Positions 38,583-47,185 of a stretch of DNA of 64,000 nucleotides are shown piece after piece. Numbering within the stretch: position 1 is the stretch's first letter; every line of letters begins with the position of its first letter. A program made the translations under genes and the position numbers. This DNA is from Mycobacteriales bacterium (GTDB lineage Bacteria > Actinomycetota > Actinomycetes > Mycobacteriales > QHCD01), in the NCBI GenBank assembly GCA_038253135.1, contig JBBSHJ010000001.1, positions 1,901 through 65,900 on the forward strand, given 5' to 3'. Below the pieces are notes generated by a model. The model was not told the DNA's origin and did not search any database. It worked only from the letters and a program-made list of their open reading frames with translations.

Positions 38583-39589
38583 CGCGTGTCACCCTCCGTC
38601 CTGATGCGCGGATCGATCCGGCTGAGCAGGAGGTCGGCAACGAGGTTGGCGATCACGACCGAGATGGTGATGACCAGGATGAAGCCCTGCAGCACCGGGT
38701 AGTCGCGTTGCTGGAGGGCGGCGTAGAGATAGAAGCCGACACCCTGGTAGCGGAAGACCTGCTCGACGAGCGTCGATCCACCGACGACGAAACCGATCGA
38801 GATGGCGAAGGAGGTGAAGAGCGGCAGCACGGCGTTGCGGCCGACATAGGTGGTCCTGATCCGCGAGTCATGCAGCCCGCGCGCCTTGGCGACCGTAACA
38901 AAATCCTCGTCGAGCACCTGGGTGGTGGACGATTTCATCACGATGATCCAGCCGCCGACCGAGGTGATGGTGTAGACCAGGATCGGTAAGGCGGCGTGAT
39001 ACATCATGTCGCTGATGAAGTCGAAGCTGAAGTTGGGATGCAGGCCGGGGCTGTAGGCACCGGCGACGTCGTTGACGTTGAACCACTTGAGCTTCACGCC
39101 GAAGATGATCAGGATCGCCACTGCCCAGACATAGTTCGGCACGGCGTGCAGGAACGACGACACGTTGGTGAAGAAGTGGTCGAAGAATCCGCCTCGCCGG
39201 TAGGCGATGAGCACGCCGAGAAACATCCCGATGATGAAGGCGAGAAGGGTTCCGAGGCCCACGCTCAGGAGCGTCCAGGGCAGGTATTTGCCGACGTACG
39301 TCGTGACCGGGGTGCCCGGGGAGACGATCGACTGGCCCAAATCTCCGTGCAACAGCCGCCACATATAGTGCAGGTACTGCCGCCACAGCGAGTCGTTGGG
39401 GTTGTAGGCCAGCAGTGCGGCCGCCTGCTGGATGGCCTGCTCGCGGGTGATGCCCAGCGCGAGCTGGCTGGAGACGTAGGCATCGATCGGCGACCCCGGC
39501 ATGAAGCGGGTGAGGAAGAACGACGCCGACGCGACGAGATAGACCGTGATGAGACTCTTGCCGATGCGACCGAGCAGCCAGCTGTGCAC
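38579..39589 (-). CDS. ABC transporter permease (OppB/DppB-like)
   Basis: VHSWLLGRIGKSLITVYLVASASFFLTRFMPGSPIDAY is the typical family N-terminus. GTG 39589 has GGGGGA upstream. An alternative start is ATG 39679. The track start 39979 adds 130 non-conserved residues. Confidence 0.85.
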   Translation of the reverse strand: MHSWLLGRIGKSLITVYLVASASFFLTRFMPGSPIDAYVSSQLALGITREQAIQQAAALLAYNPNDSLWRQYLHYMWRLLHGDLGQSIVSPGTPVTTYVGKYLPWTLLSVGLGTLLAFIIGMFLGVLIAYRRGGFFDHFFTNVSSFLHAVPNYVWAVAILIIFGVKLKWFNVNDVAGAYSPGLHPNFSFDFISDMMYHAALPILVYTITSVGGWIIVMKSSTTQVLDEDFVTVAKARGLHDSRIRTTYVGRNAVLPLFTSFAISIGFVVGGSTLVEQVFRYQGVGFYLYAALQQRDYPVLQGFILVITISVVIANLVADLLLSRIDPRIRTEGDTR

Positions 39590-39857
39590 GATCCGTCCCC
39601 CTGCGGATCGGTGCTCCTGCGCCTGAGGCGCGGCTGCCTCGCTCGTGGCGGTTGCAGATGCCACTCGGACCTCCAGCATCGGGCGGCGAGATTCGGGGGA
39701 TGCGGTGGCGCCGACGGCGACGGCGACATCAGGGCTTGACAGGACGATACACGGCTGCGATTGGTCAATGGTGCGAGTGTCCCCGCTTCTTGCGACGACA
39801 AACGACATCGACACAGAGTTGTAACAGTCTCTTGGGCGGATCGGTACGGTTGCCACC

Positions 39858-41054
39858 GTGCTGAGAACTGGATCGACCGAGCGCGGTCTCGACGACCCTC
39901 TGGTGCCTCGTCTGCGCGAGTTCCGTACGACGATCTTTGCCGAGATGACCGCGCTCGCCGTGCGACTCGGCGCGGTCAACCTTGGACAGGGCTTCCCCGA
40001 TACCGACGGGCCGCCCTCGATGTTGGCGGCGGCGCAGGACGCGATCGCTTCCGGTGCAAATCAGTACCCTCCCGGGCCCGGCGTCCCGGCGCTGCGGCAC
40101 GCGATCGCCGCGCACCGCGCGGAACGGTACGGGCTCGAGCATGATCCCGATGGTGAAGTGCTGGTTACCGTCGGCGCGACCGAGGCGGTGACGTCGGCGC
40201 TGATGGCGCTGACCGAGACCGGGGACGAGGTCGTCGTCTTCGAGCCGTTCTATGACTCCTACCCTGCTGCGATCGCGATGGCTGGGGCCGTACGGCGTCC
40301 AGTGACGATGCGTCCCGATGGTCCGAACGGGCGCTTCACGTTCGACCCCGCCGACCTCGACACGGCGATCGGCCCGGCCGCAAGGGTGCTGCTGCTGAAC
40401 TCGCCGCACAACCCCACCGGCACGGTCTTCACCGAGCAGGAGCTCGGCCTGATCGCGGAGCGGTGTATCGGGCACGACCTGATCGCGGTCACCGACGAGG
40501 TCTACGAACATCTGACCTATGACGGCGTGCGACACCGGCCGCTCGCGACCTTCCCGGGAATGGCCCGGCGCACGGTATCGATTTCCTCGGCGGGGAAGGC
40601 GTTCTCGGTGACCGGCTGGAAGGTGGGCTGGGTCTGCGGGCCGCGTGCGCTCGTCAGCGCCGTACAAACCGTCAAGCAGTTCACGACCTTCACCGCCAGC
40701 GCGCCGTTCCAGCTCGCCGTCGCGGGCGCGCTGGGGAACGAGCTGGCGTGGGTCGACGCCCTGCGCGATGCGCTGCAGGACAAGCGGGACCGGCTAGCGG
40801 CCGGGCTGGCCGCTGCGGGGTTCGGCGTACACCCGACCGCGGGCACCTATTTCATCCAGACGGACGTGCGCCCGATGGGCGTCGCCGACGGGACGGCGTA
40901 CGCCCGCGCTCTCCCCGAGCGGCTCGGCGTCGTGGCGATCCCCAGCTCGGTCTTCTACGACGACAAGGACGCGGGTCGCCCGTTCGTCCGGTTCGCCTTC
41001 TGCAAGCGGGACCAGGTCATCGACGACGCGGTACGCCGGCTGGCCGCCGGTTGA
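39858..41054 (+). CDS. Pyridoxal-phosphate-dependent aminotransferase, class I (DapC/kynurenine-aminotransferase-like)
   Basis: GTG 39858. NLGQGFPDTDGPPSML...NQYPPGPGVPALRHAIA...NSPHNPTG...SSAGKAFSVTGWKVGW (PLP-Lys motif). Confidence 0.85.
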   Translation: MLRTGSTERGLDDPLVPRLREFRTTIFAEMTALAVRLGAVNLGQGFPDTDGPPSMLAAAQDAIASGANQYPPGPGVPALRHAIAAHRAERYGLEHDPDGEVLVTVGATEAVTSALMALTETGDEVVVFEPFYDSYPAAIAMAGAVRRPVTMRPDGPNGRFTFDPADLDTAIGPAARVLLLNSPHNPTGTVFTEQELGLIAERCIGHDLIAVTDEVYEHLTYDGVRHRPLATFPGMARRTVSISSAGKAFSVTGWKVGWVCGPRALVSAVQTVKQFTTFTASAPFQLAVAGALGNELAWVDALRDALQDKRDRLAAGLAAAGFGVHPTAGTYFIQTDVRPMGVADGTAYARALPERLGVVAIPSSVFYDDKDAGRPFVRFAFCKRDQVIDDAVRRLAAG

Positions 41055-41136
41055 CCGGAAGGTCCGAAGCCGTCCGCGGTCCCGCTGCCGTGGTGCGGCA
41101 GTGCCGGAGCTCGCGGCAAGGTACCCGTAGGCAGAG

Positions 41137-41874
41137 CTAGACGCCGATGCCGACCAGGGCACCGATGCCGTAGGTGACCGCCATCGCGATCGCACCACCC
41201 GCCACGTTGCGCCAGATCGCCCCACCGCGCGGCGCCTTGCCCATGGTGGCGCTGATCCACCCCGTCAGGGCCAGGGCCAGCAGCACCACGACGAAGGTCA
41301 GCGGCACGCGGACCCGCCCGATCGGCAGCAGGATCGCGATCAGCGGCAGGATCGCGCCGCTGACGAACGAGACAAACGACGCGAACGCGGCGTGCGAGGG
41401 GTTGGTCAGCTCGTCCGGATCGATGCCAAGCTCGGCCTCGGCGTGCGCCGCGAGCGCGTCGCGCCTGGTGAGCGCGCGGGCGACCTCGCCGGCCAGCTCA
41501 TCGGACAGGCCCTTCGCGCGGTAGATGCCGGCGAGCTCGGCCAGCTCCTCCTCGGGCTCCGACGCCAGCTCGCGGCGCTCGAGCTCGAGCATCGCCCGCT
41601 CGGTGTCCCGTTGCGTGCTGACGGAGACATATTCGCCCACGGCCATCGACATCGCACCGGCGGAGAGGCCGGCGACGCCGGCGGTGAGAAGCAACGTGGA
41701 ATCGGTCGTCGCACCCGCGACCCCGAGCACGATGCCCGCCACCGAGACGATGCCGTCGTTCGCGCCGAGTACGCCGGCGCGCAGCCAGTTGAGCCGATCG
41801 CCGAGACTCTCACCGTGCGGCTCGGGATGCTGCTCGGCCTGGGCACGATCGGTCGCGGAAGCCGAGGTAGTCAC
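41137..41874 (-). CDS. VIT1/CCC1-family iron/manganese transporter
   Basis: LNWLRAGVLGANDGIVSVAGIVLGVAGA, a central acidic helical region, and three C-terminal TM helices. Confidence 0.85.
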   Translation of the reverse strand: MTTSASATDRAQAEQHPEPHGESLGDRLNWLRAGVLGANDGIVSVAGIVLGVAGATTDSTLLLTAGVAGLSAGAMSMAVGEYVSVSTQRDTERAMLELERRELASEPEEELAELAGIYRAKGLSDELAGEVARALTRRDALAAHAEAELGIDPDELTNPSHAAFASFVSFVSGAILPLIAILLPIGRVRVPLTFVVVLLALALTGWISATMGKAPRGGAIWRNVAGGAIAMAVTYGIGALVGIGV

Positions 41875-41949
41875 GGCCCGACGGTACGGCGGACGATCGG
41901 ATCCGCGCCAGCAAGGCGAGGCTGACCTCGCCTTGCCGGCGCCGATCAG

Positions 41950-43053
41950 CTACGGCTTGAACGAGACGACCTTGCCGTCCGGGCCGAAGACATCCGTGCT
42001 GACATAGAGCGTTCCCTTGGAGAGCTCGACGGCTGCCGGCTGGTTGAGCTCGCGCACGGTGGAAATCCGGCCATGCCGGATCTTGGAGACCTTGTTGCCG
42101 AAGAGCTCGGTGACGTAGACCGTGCCGTCGTAGCCCACGGCGAGGTCGGTCGCGCCGAGGAACCCCCGGGCGAGCAGTTTGGCGTGCCCATGGCGTCTGG
42201 AGATCGTGTAGACCGCGCCGCGCGCTCCGAGACTGGCGTCTTCCGGTCCGCCGGGGAGGCTGGAGACATAGAGCATGCCGTGCGGGCCGAGCTCGACGTC
42301 GGTCGGCACCGGATCGAATGCGTAGGTCTTGCCGATCGTGCAAGCCGGAAGGCCGAGCGCGCCGGAAATTGCTCTCGTCACGACGACCTTCGACGCCGGC
42401 AAGACGGCAACCAGGGAAATCCGCCCGTGTCGGTTCACCTTGAGGACGTCGTTTCCGCCGGCGTCGGCGACGAACCATGACCCGTCCCGCATCGACAGGA
42501 CGGCGTACGGGTTGGAGTTGACGTCACCGCCGTGCGGATGGCCCCCGATTTCAGGAGGAACCAGGGCGGCGCACGAGGCGGTGAGGTCCAGGAAACCGTA
42601 GCGCTGTTTGCCGTCCGGATTCTTTCGCTTCTCATACGAGGCGAAGTCGGCAAGCGTTGCTACGGTGCCGTTTGCCCGGGTCAGGTTGACCAGGCCGACC
42701 GGCTTCGCCGCGCCTTCGCCGCTGGCAACGGTGTAGGCGACCGTGCCGGCCCTCGATACGTCGACGCCACCGGTGCTGAGACCGCCCGCGGTTGCGGCTA
42801 TGGTCCGCTTGGATCCATCGGTTGCTATTGCGTCCACTGTCCCGGCATTTGACTCCGAAACATAGATCGTGCCGTTTGACGCGACGGCAAGGCCAAGTGG
42901 GCCCTGGAGGCCGGAGGCAATGATTGCTGGGCCCGATGGCGCGCCGATTGCGCTTCCGCTCACCGCAACCGCGGTTGCGGTGCCGAGAATCGCAGCGACA
43001 ACGGACGCACCCGCCCGCCACCACCGCGACTTCGAACTGCCGATTCCTCTCAT
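41950..43053 (-). CDS. Secreted beta-propeller repeat protein (ScyD/ScyE- or NHL/SMP-30-like)
   Basis: ATG 43053 gives signal peptide MRGIGSSKSRWWRAGASVVAAILGTATAVAVSGSA. Recurrent blade-like motifs GPLGLAVASNGTIYVSES, GMLYVSSLPGG, ATDLAVGYDGTVYVTE, GTLYVSTD. Confidence 0.65.
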   Translation of the reverse strand: MRGIGSSKSRWWRAGASVVAAILGTATAVAVSGSAIGAPSGPAIIASGLQGPLGLAVASNGTIYVSESNAGTVDAIATDGSKRTIAATAGGLSTGGVDVSRAGTVAYTVASGEGAAKPVGLVNLTRANGTVATLADFASYEKRKNPDGKQRYGFLDLTASCAALVPPEIGGHPHGGDVNSNPYAVLSMRDGSWFVADAGGNDVLKVNRHGRISLVAVLPASKVVVTRAISGALGLPACTIGKTYAFDPVPTDVELGPHGMLYVSSLPGGPEDASLGARGAVYTISRRHGHAKLLARGFLGATDLAVGYDGTVYVTELFGNKVSKIRHGRISTVRELNQPAAVELSKGTLYVSTDVFGPDGKVVSFKP

Positions 43054-43184
43054 GTGCTGCCTCAATCCGATGACAAGGCACGATCGATCCGGCGACGGAC
43101 CAGCCCCAACCGGGTCAGCGCAGGTACCGGCGCACAGCGTCGTGCGTGGATGAAGCGGCAGTATGGCCATATTCCCGCAGAAGA

Positions 43185-43221
43185 AAGATATTGCCTCAAT
43201 TGCAAGAGCGTCAAGCAATTG
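43185..43221 (-). promoter_or_regulatory. Candidate promoter TTGACG-N18-TATCTT with overlapping inverted repeat CAATTGC-N11-GCAATTG
   Basis: Minus strand has -35 TTGACG (43214-43209) and -10 TATCTT (43190-43185). The plus strand has CAATTGC at 43197-43203 and GCAATTG at 43215-43221. The patch is locally AT-rich. Confidence 0.3.
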
Positions 43222-43316
43222 GACAAACAATCGTTTATGTCCGGCTCTGCGACTTAACGGACGGTCATTGCTCGAATGGTGGAATTCGGGCGAATCTCGG
43301 TTGTCGTGCCTGCGGA

Positions 43317-43766
43317 CTATTTCGGCGACGGGCCGGACAGGTTTGCCGCGATCTGCCGCAATACCCGCGCGGTCGTTTCCAGATCGATCGGCACGTCCTT
43401 GAACGCGCGTCGGGTGACCTGCCTGGTCGCGGCGACGCCGGCGCGACCCCTCGGCGTCAGCCGCACGATGCTGCGCCGTCGATCGGTCGGGTGCGCCACT
43501 CGTTCGGCGAGGTCGGCGCGCTCGAGCCGGTCGATCAGCGTGGTCATCGAGCTCGTCGTGATGTGCGCGGTCCTGGCGAGCTCGGCCTGGCCGGCCTCGC
43601 CGTGGCTATACAGGTGGCTGAGCACCCAGGACTCCGTCATCCCGATGCCGAGGTTCTCGGCGAAGCGGCGGCGTGCCGCCTCGCCGGCGATTAGCAACTC
43701 CCGCAGCGCACTCATGGCCTCGTCGAGCGGCGGGTGATCGGTGGGGCGGTCGGCCCGTCGCGGCAT
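43317..43766 (-). CDS. MarR-family transcriptional regulator
   Basis: ATG 43766 is preceded by AGGAG. LSHLYSHGEAGQAELARTAHITTSSMTTLIDRLERADLAERVAHPTDRRRSIVRLTPRG is a winged-HTH MarR core. Confidence 0.85.
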   Translation of the reverse strand: MPRRADRPTDHPPLDEAMSALRELLIAGEAARRRFAENLGIGMTESWVLSHLYSHGEAGQAELARTAHITTSSMTTLIDRLERADLAERVAHPTDRRRSIVRLTPRGRAGVAATRQVTRRAFKDVPIDLETTARVLRQIAANLSGPSPK

Positions 43767-43779
43767 GGCTGATCTCCTG

Positions 43780-43831
43780 GTAGCTTTGTGGATCAAGTAG
43801 CTTGACAGTCTGACAGTATCCACGATAGGTT
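43780..43831. promoter_or_regulatory. Divergent MarR / globin-ankyrin control region: repeat-rich operator candidate overlapping a TTGACA-N18-TAGGTT promoter
   Basis: GTAGCTT occurs twice (43780, 43797). Inverted repeat GTGGAT (43788-43793) / ATCCAC (43818-43823). Tandem TGACAGT-C-TGACAGT at 43803-43817. TTGACA at 43802-43807 and TAGGTT at 43826-43831. Confidence 0.4.
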
Positions 43832-43987
43832 TCGATCGTCGTGGCGAGGTCCAGGACCCGGGGTGGAGGGGTTGGACGCGGCGGGGCCGGGGGTCAGTGG
43901 GGGCCGCCCGTCCCACCACCCGGCGATCGGCGCCACCCGCGCGGATATCCCGCCCGCGGGGCCGACTCGCTCGGGCACACTGTCGGC

Positions 43988-45514
43988 ATGCCGACGAAGC
44001 CAACGACAGTGCGGATGGACTCGCTCCCCGCGGGCGGCGAGAAAGATCTGCACCCCGCCGCTTTGGTGCATCGTTGGCTGCTGGAGGGAGCCGCCCGATT
44101 TCTCTATGACGGCCTCGAGGACGACGAGCAGCTGCGTCCGCTCTTCCCGCGCGATCTTGCCATCAGCCGGGCGGTGCAGAAGCTCTTCTTCGAAGAGTGG
44201 CTCGGAGGTCCGCGTCGTTACAGCGACGATGCCCACGCCGGCCTTGTCCACCGCCACGACGACATTGCGATCACGCCGGAGCTTGCCGACCGGTGGCTCC
44301 GCCACTTCGGTCACGCGTTGCGGGCCACGGTTGCGGTGGAGCGCGATCGCAAGACGATATTCGCGCACGTCCGCGACCTGGCTCACGCCTTGGTGAATGA
44401 GCAGGTGACGCCGGCCGACGGGTCAGGCCAACCGCGCGAGCGGCATGGGCACGCACCCAGCAACGGCGGGCGGCGGCAGCTGGCCCGGTGTGGGACCGGC
44501 GCCCGCATCGTGAAGCACGCGACGGAGCTCGCCCGTCGCGGGGACGTCGATGGCGTTGACGCCGCAGTGGAGGAGGTACCCGGCCTCCTGCGCCCGACCT
44601 ACGCCGCTTCGATCATGCGGGCCGCCGTGTGGGCCGATCGCACCGAGGTCGTCCGCACCCTCCTGGCCCGAGGCGTAGGAGTGGACCACCCCTTTTACTT
44701 TCCGGTGCGCGTCACGGGCGCGGCCTTCGAGCGCGTCATCTTCGTTACGCCGCTGTGCACCGCGCGGCTGAAGCGACGGTCCGCGGCCGAATCGGTGCTC
44801 CTTGGGGCCGGTGCCCGCGAGGACGTCTTCACCGCTGCGTTCCTCGGCGACCACACCTCGCTCGCGCGGATGCTCGCCGCCGAACCGAGCCTCGCGGGAG
44901 CGACCGATCCGGCCGCCGACGTCCTCGACATCACCCCCGTCGAGCACGCGGTTGCCGGCGGTCAGCTTGACGCGCTACGACTCGTCCTCGACCACGTTCA
45001 CCGCCCGCTTACGGGTGCCCGAGCGCTGCGCGGCGCCGCCGGAAAGGGCAACGTGAGAATGGTCGAGCTGCTGCTGGGGCACGGGGCCGACGCCACCCGG
45101 ATCGGGGTGGGGCGCTGGGTGCTCCATCCGGAGCTCGCACCGATGCTCGCCGATCGTGGTGCGCGTATCGATTCCTCCGGCTCGTGGATCGGTGCCACGT
45201 GCACCGGCAATCAGGGACGCAAGGATGATCCCGACTACGTGTACGCGCTCCTTCGTCACGGCGCGCGAGCGGAGGATCGCCGATCCGGCGATCACGGGGT
45301 CACCGCCGGCGTGGCGACCCTCAACGCTACCGCGCTGCACTACGCGGCCAAGGCCGGTTTTGTGAAGACCATCGACGTACTCCTGAACCATGGAGCCGAT
45401 CCGCAGGCCCGGGACAGCCGCGGGCGCAGACCACTGGATTGGCTGGATCAGGCGGCCCCTTCGGTTCCGCGGGCCGCGGTGAGGGCGCTGCTCGCGCCCA
45501 AAACGGCCGGCTGA
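43988..45514 (+). CDS. Fusion protein: N-terminal group-II truncated-hemoglobin-like (Bac_globin) domain + C-terminal ankyrin repeats
   Basis: From ATG 43988: RFLYDGLEDDEQLRPLFPRDLAISRAVQKLFFEEWLGGPRRYSDDAHAGLVHRHDDIAITPELADRWLRHFGHAL...LAHALVNE. This aligns by eye with M. tuberculosis GlbO ([76 protein letters not shown]...AAHSLVN). ANK motifs: GNVRMVELLLGHGADA and TALHYAAKAGFVKTIDVLLNHGADPQARDSRGRRPLDWL. Confidence 0.75.
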   Translation: MPTKPTTVRMDSLPAGGEKDLHPAALVHRWLLEGAARFLYDGLEDDEQLRPLFPRDLAISRAVQKLFFEEWLGGPRRYSDDAHAGLVHRHDDIAITPELADRWLRHFGHALRATVAVERDRKTIFAHVRDLAHALVNEQVTPADGSGQPRERHGHAPSNGGRRQLARCGTGARIVKHATELARRGDVDGVDAAVEEVPGLLRPTYAASIMRAAVWADRTEVVRTLLARGVGVDHPFYFPVRVTGAAFERVIFVTPLCTARLKRRSAAESVLLGAGAREDVFTAAFLGDHTSLARMLAAEPSLAGATDPAADVLDITPVEHAVAGGQLDALRLVLDHVHRPLTGARALRGAAGKGNVRMVELLLGHGADATRIGVGRWVLHPELAPMLADRGARIDSSGSWIGATCTGNQGRKDDPDYVYALLRHGARAEDRRSGDHGVTAGVATLNATALHYAAKAGFVKTIDVLLNHGADPQARDSRGRRPLDWLDQAAPSVPRAAVRALLAPKTAG

Positions 45515-45547
45515 GCCGCCGAGGATCGGCCCGGAGATCGGATGCGG

Positions 45548-45621
45548 TGGGCAGGGGCGGGGTCGAACCGCCGACCTTCCGCTTTTCAGGCGGACGCTCG
45601 TACCAGCTGAGCTACCTGCCC
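45548..45621 (-). tRNA. tRNA-Phe (anticodon GAA)
   Basis: Minus strand: GGGCAGG TA GCTC AGCTGGTAC GAGC G TCCGC CTGAAAA GCGGA AGGTC GGCGG TTCGACC CCGCC CCTGCCC A. Full cloverleaf with T-loop TTCGA. CC (but not CCA) follows. Confidence 0.95.
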
Positions 45622-45729
45622 CGGGACCTTGGAGCCGCGTCAGTGTATCCGGCCGCGCCGTGCGTCGTGCACGGATGGGTACGCCGCCCGCGTCATCGGC
45701 GCGGGCGGCGCAGCCTGACCATCGTGCCG

Positions 45730-46758
45730 TCAGCGGCGGCGCAGTGAGGCGTCGGTCAGCGACGGCGGCGCCCAGCCCCGGTCGCCCGTGTTGACGTTGG
45801 TGCCGGGCGGCACGATCTCATCAATCCGGTCGAGCACCTCGTCGGAGAGCACGACGTCCGCCGCACCCAACTGGCTCTCCAGCTGCTGCATCGTGCGCGG
45901 CCCGATGATGGCCGAGGTGACCGCGGGGTGGCGGATCACGAAGGCGACCGCGAGCTCGACCAGGGAGATCCCGGTCTTGTCCGCGAGCTCACCGAGCGCG
46001 TCCGCGGCTTCGAACTTCGCCTTGTTCTCCGGCGAGGCGATGTCGAAGCTATCCGGCTGCCGCGACGCGCGGTGCGACGGTTCGATGTCGCGGCCCTTGC
46101 GGTAGCGGCCGGACAGCCAGCCGCCGGCGAGCGGGCTCCACGGGATGACGCCCATGCCGTATTTCTCGCAGACCGGCAACACGTCGGCCTCGATCCCGCG
46201 CACGAGGATCGAATACGGCGGCTGCTCGCAGCGGAACCGCTCCCGGCCGCGATCCTGCGCGACCCACTGGGCTTCGACGATCTGGTACGCCGGGAACGTG
46301 GAACTGCCGAAGCAGCGGATCTTGCCGGCGCGGACCAGGTCGGTGAGCGCGCCGAGCGTCTCGTCGATGTCCGTCGTCTCCGGGTCGGGCCGGTGGATCT
46401 GGTAGAGGTCGATCCAGTCGGTGCCGAGCCGCTTGAGGCTGTTCTCCACCTCGCGGACGATCCAACGCCGCGAGTTGCCCTGCATGTTGACGTCGTCGCC
46501 CATGCCGCCGTGCGCCTTGGTCGCGAGCACGACGTCGTCCCGCCGTCCTCCGGCAAGGGCCTTGCCGACGATCGTCTCGCTCTCGCCGTGGCTGTAGACG
46601 TCGGCGGTGTCGATGAAGTTGATGCCCGCCTCGAGGGCGCGGTGGATGATCCGCACCGAGTCGTCGTGATCGGTGTTGCCGCTGGCGCCGAACATCATCG
46701 CTCCGAGGCAGAGCGGGGTGACTTGGATGCCGGTGTGGCCGAGTACGCGATAGTCCAT
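45730..46758 (-). CDS. Aldo/keto reductase
   Basis: From ATG 46758: MDYRVLGHTGIQVTPLCLGAMMFG...INFIDTADVYSHGESE...LYQIHRPD. Confidence 0.9.
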   Translation of the reverse strand: MDYRVLGHTGIQVTPLCLGAMMFGASGNTDHDDSVRIIHRALEAGINFIDTADVYSHGESETIVGKALAGGRRDDVVLATKAHGGMGDDVNMQGNSRRWIVREVENSLKRLGTDWIDLYQIHRPDPETTDIDETLGALTDLVRAGKIRCFGSSTFPAYQIVEAQWVAQDRGRERFRCEQPPYSILVRGIEADVLPVCEKYGMGVIPWSPLAGGWLSGRYRKGRDIEPSHRASRQPDSFDIASPENKAKFEAADALGELADKTGISLVELAVAFVIRHPAVTSAIIGPRTMQQLESQLGAADVVLSDEVLDRIDEIVPPGTNVNTGDRGWAPPSLTDASLRRR

Positions 46759-46805
46759 GACTTCGAGCCTAGTCCCGCGGCCTGCCCGATCGGGCCGGCG
46801 GTTCC

Positions 46806-46970
46806 TCAGCTGGCCACGCCCACGCGGGCGAACTTGTAGTCCTCCTCGGTCGGCGTGTTGGTCGCGGTGGAGTAGACCCGCTGTCCGGCGAGGACAAGCT
46901 TGCCGTCGGCCCAGGTGAGGTAAGGGCTGTGGCCGAGGTAGCGGCCGTCGGTGGTACGGAAAACGGACAA
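46806..46970 (-). CDS. Hypothetical 54-aa ORF or C-terminal gene remnant next to tRNA-Asp
   Basis: The frame is open through to the tRNA-Asp gene. The only start is TTG 46970, with GGGAGG 11 nt upstream. Third positions are strongly G/C (coding-like): LSVFRTTDGRYLGHSPYLTWADGKLVLAGQRVYSTATNTPTEEDYKFARVGVAS. I recognise no family. Confidence 0.3.
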   Translation of the reverse strand: MSVFRTTDGRYLGHSPYLTWADGKLVLAGQRVYSTATNTPTEEDYKFARVGVAS

Positions 46971-47007
46971 TCGCCCGGGAACCTCCCACGCGACGTATTC
47001 GGTGAAG

Positions 47008-47081
47008 CGACCCCGACCGGGCTCGAACCGGCGACCTCCGCCGTGACAGGGCGGCACGCTAACCAACTGCGCTACGGGGCC
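47008..47081 (-). tRNA. tRNA-Asp (anticodon GTC)
   Basis: Minus strand: GGCCCCG TA GCGC AGTTGGTTA GCGT G CCGCC CTGTCAC GGCGG AGGTC GCCGG TTCGAGC CCGGT CGGGGTC G. Confidence 0.95.
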
Positions 47082-47112
47082 TTGCTGGTGGATCGGATGT
47101 GCGTGTAGAGCG

Positions 47113-47185
47113 TACCCCCAACGGGATTCGAACCCGTGCTACCGCCGTGAAAGGGCGAGGTCCTGGGCCGCTAGACGATGGGGGC
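47113..47185 (-). tRNA. tRNA-Glu (anticodon TTC)
   Basis: Minus strand: GCCCCCA TC GTCT AGCGGCCCAGGAC C TCGCC CTTTCAC GGCGG TAGC ACGGG TTCGAAT CCCGT TGGGGGT A. It lies 31 nt upstream of tRNA-Asp. Confidence 0.95.

Noticed and set aside
39736-39768. Facing TTGACA (plus strand) and TTGACC (minus strand) boxes in the aminotransferase/ABC divergent region as back-to-back promoters.
   Set aside because: I found no acceptable -10 hexamer at 16-18 nt spacing on either strand, so the boxes alone do not support promoter calls.
41137-47185. Genomic island integrated at tRNA-Phe or tRNA-Asp.
   Set aside because: There is no integrase, excisionase or conjugation gene. By eye I found no direct repeat of either tRNA 3' end at lower coordinates. 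The region is accessory-like but not demonstrably a mobile island.
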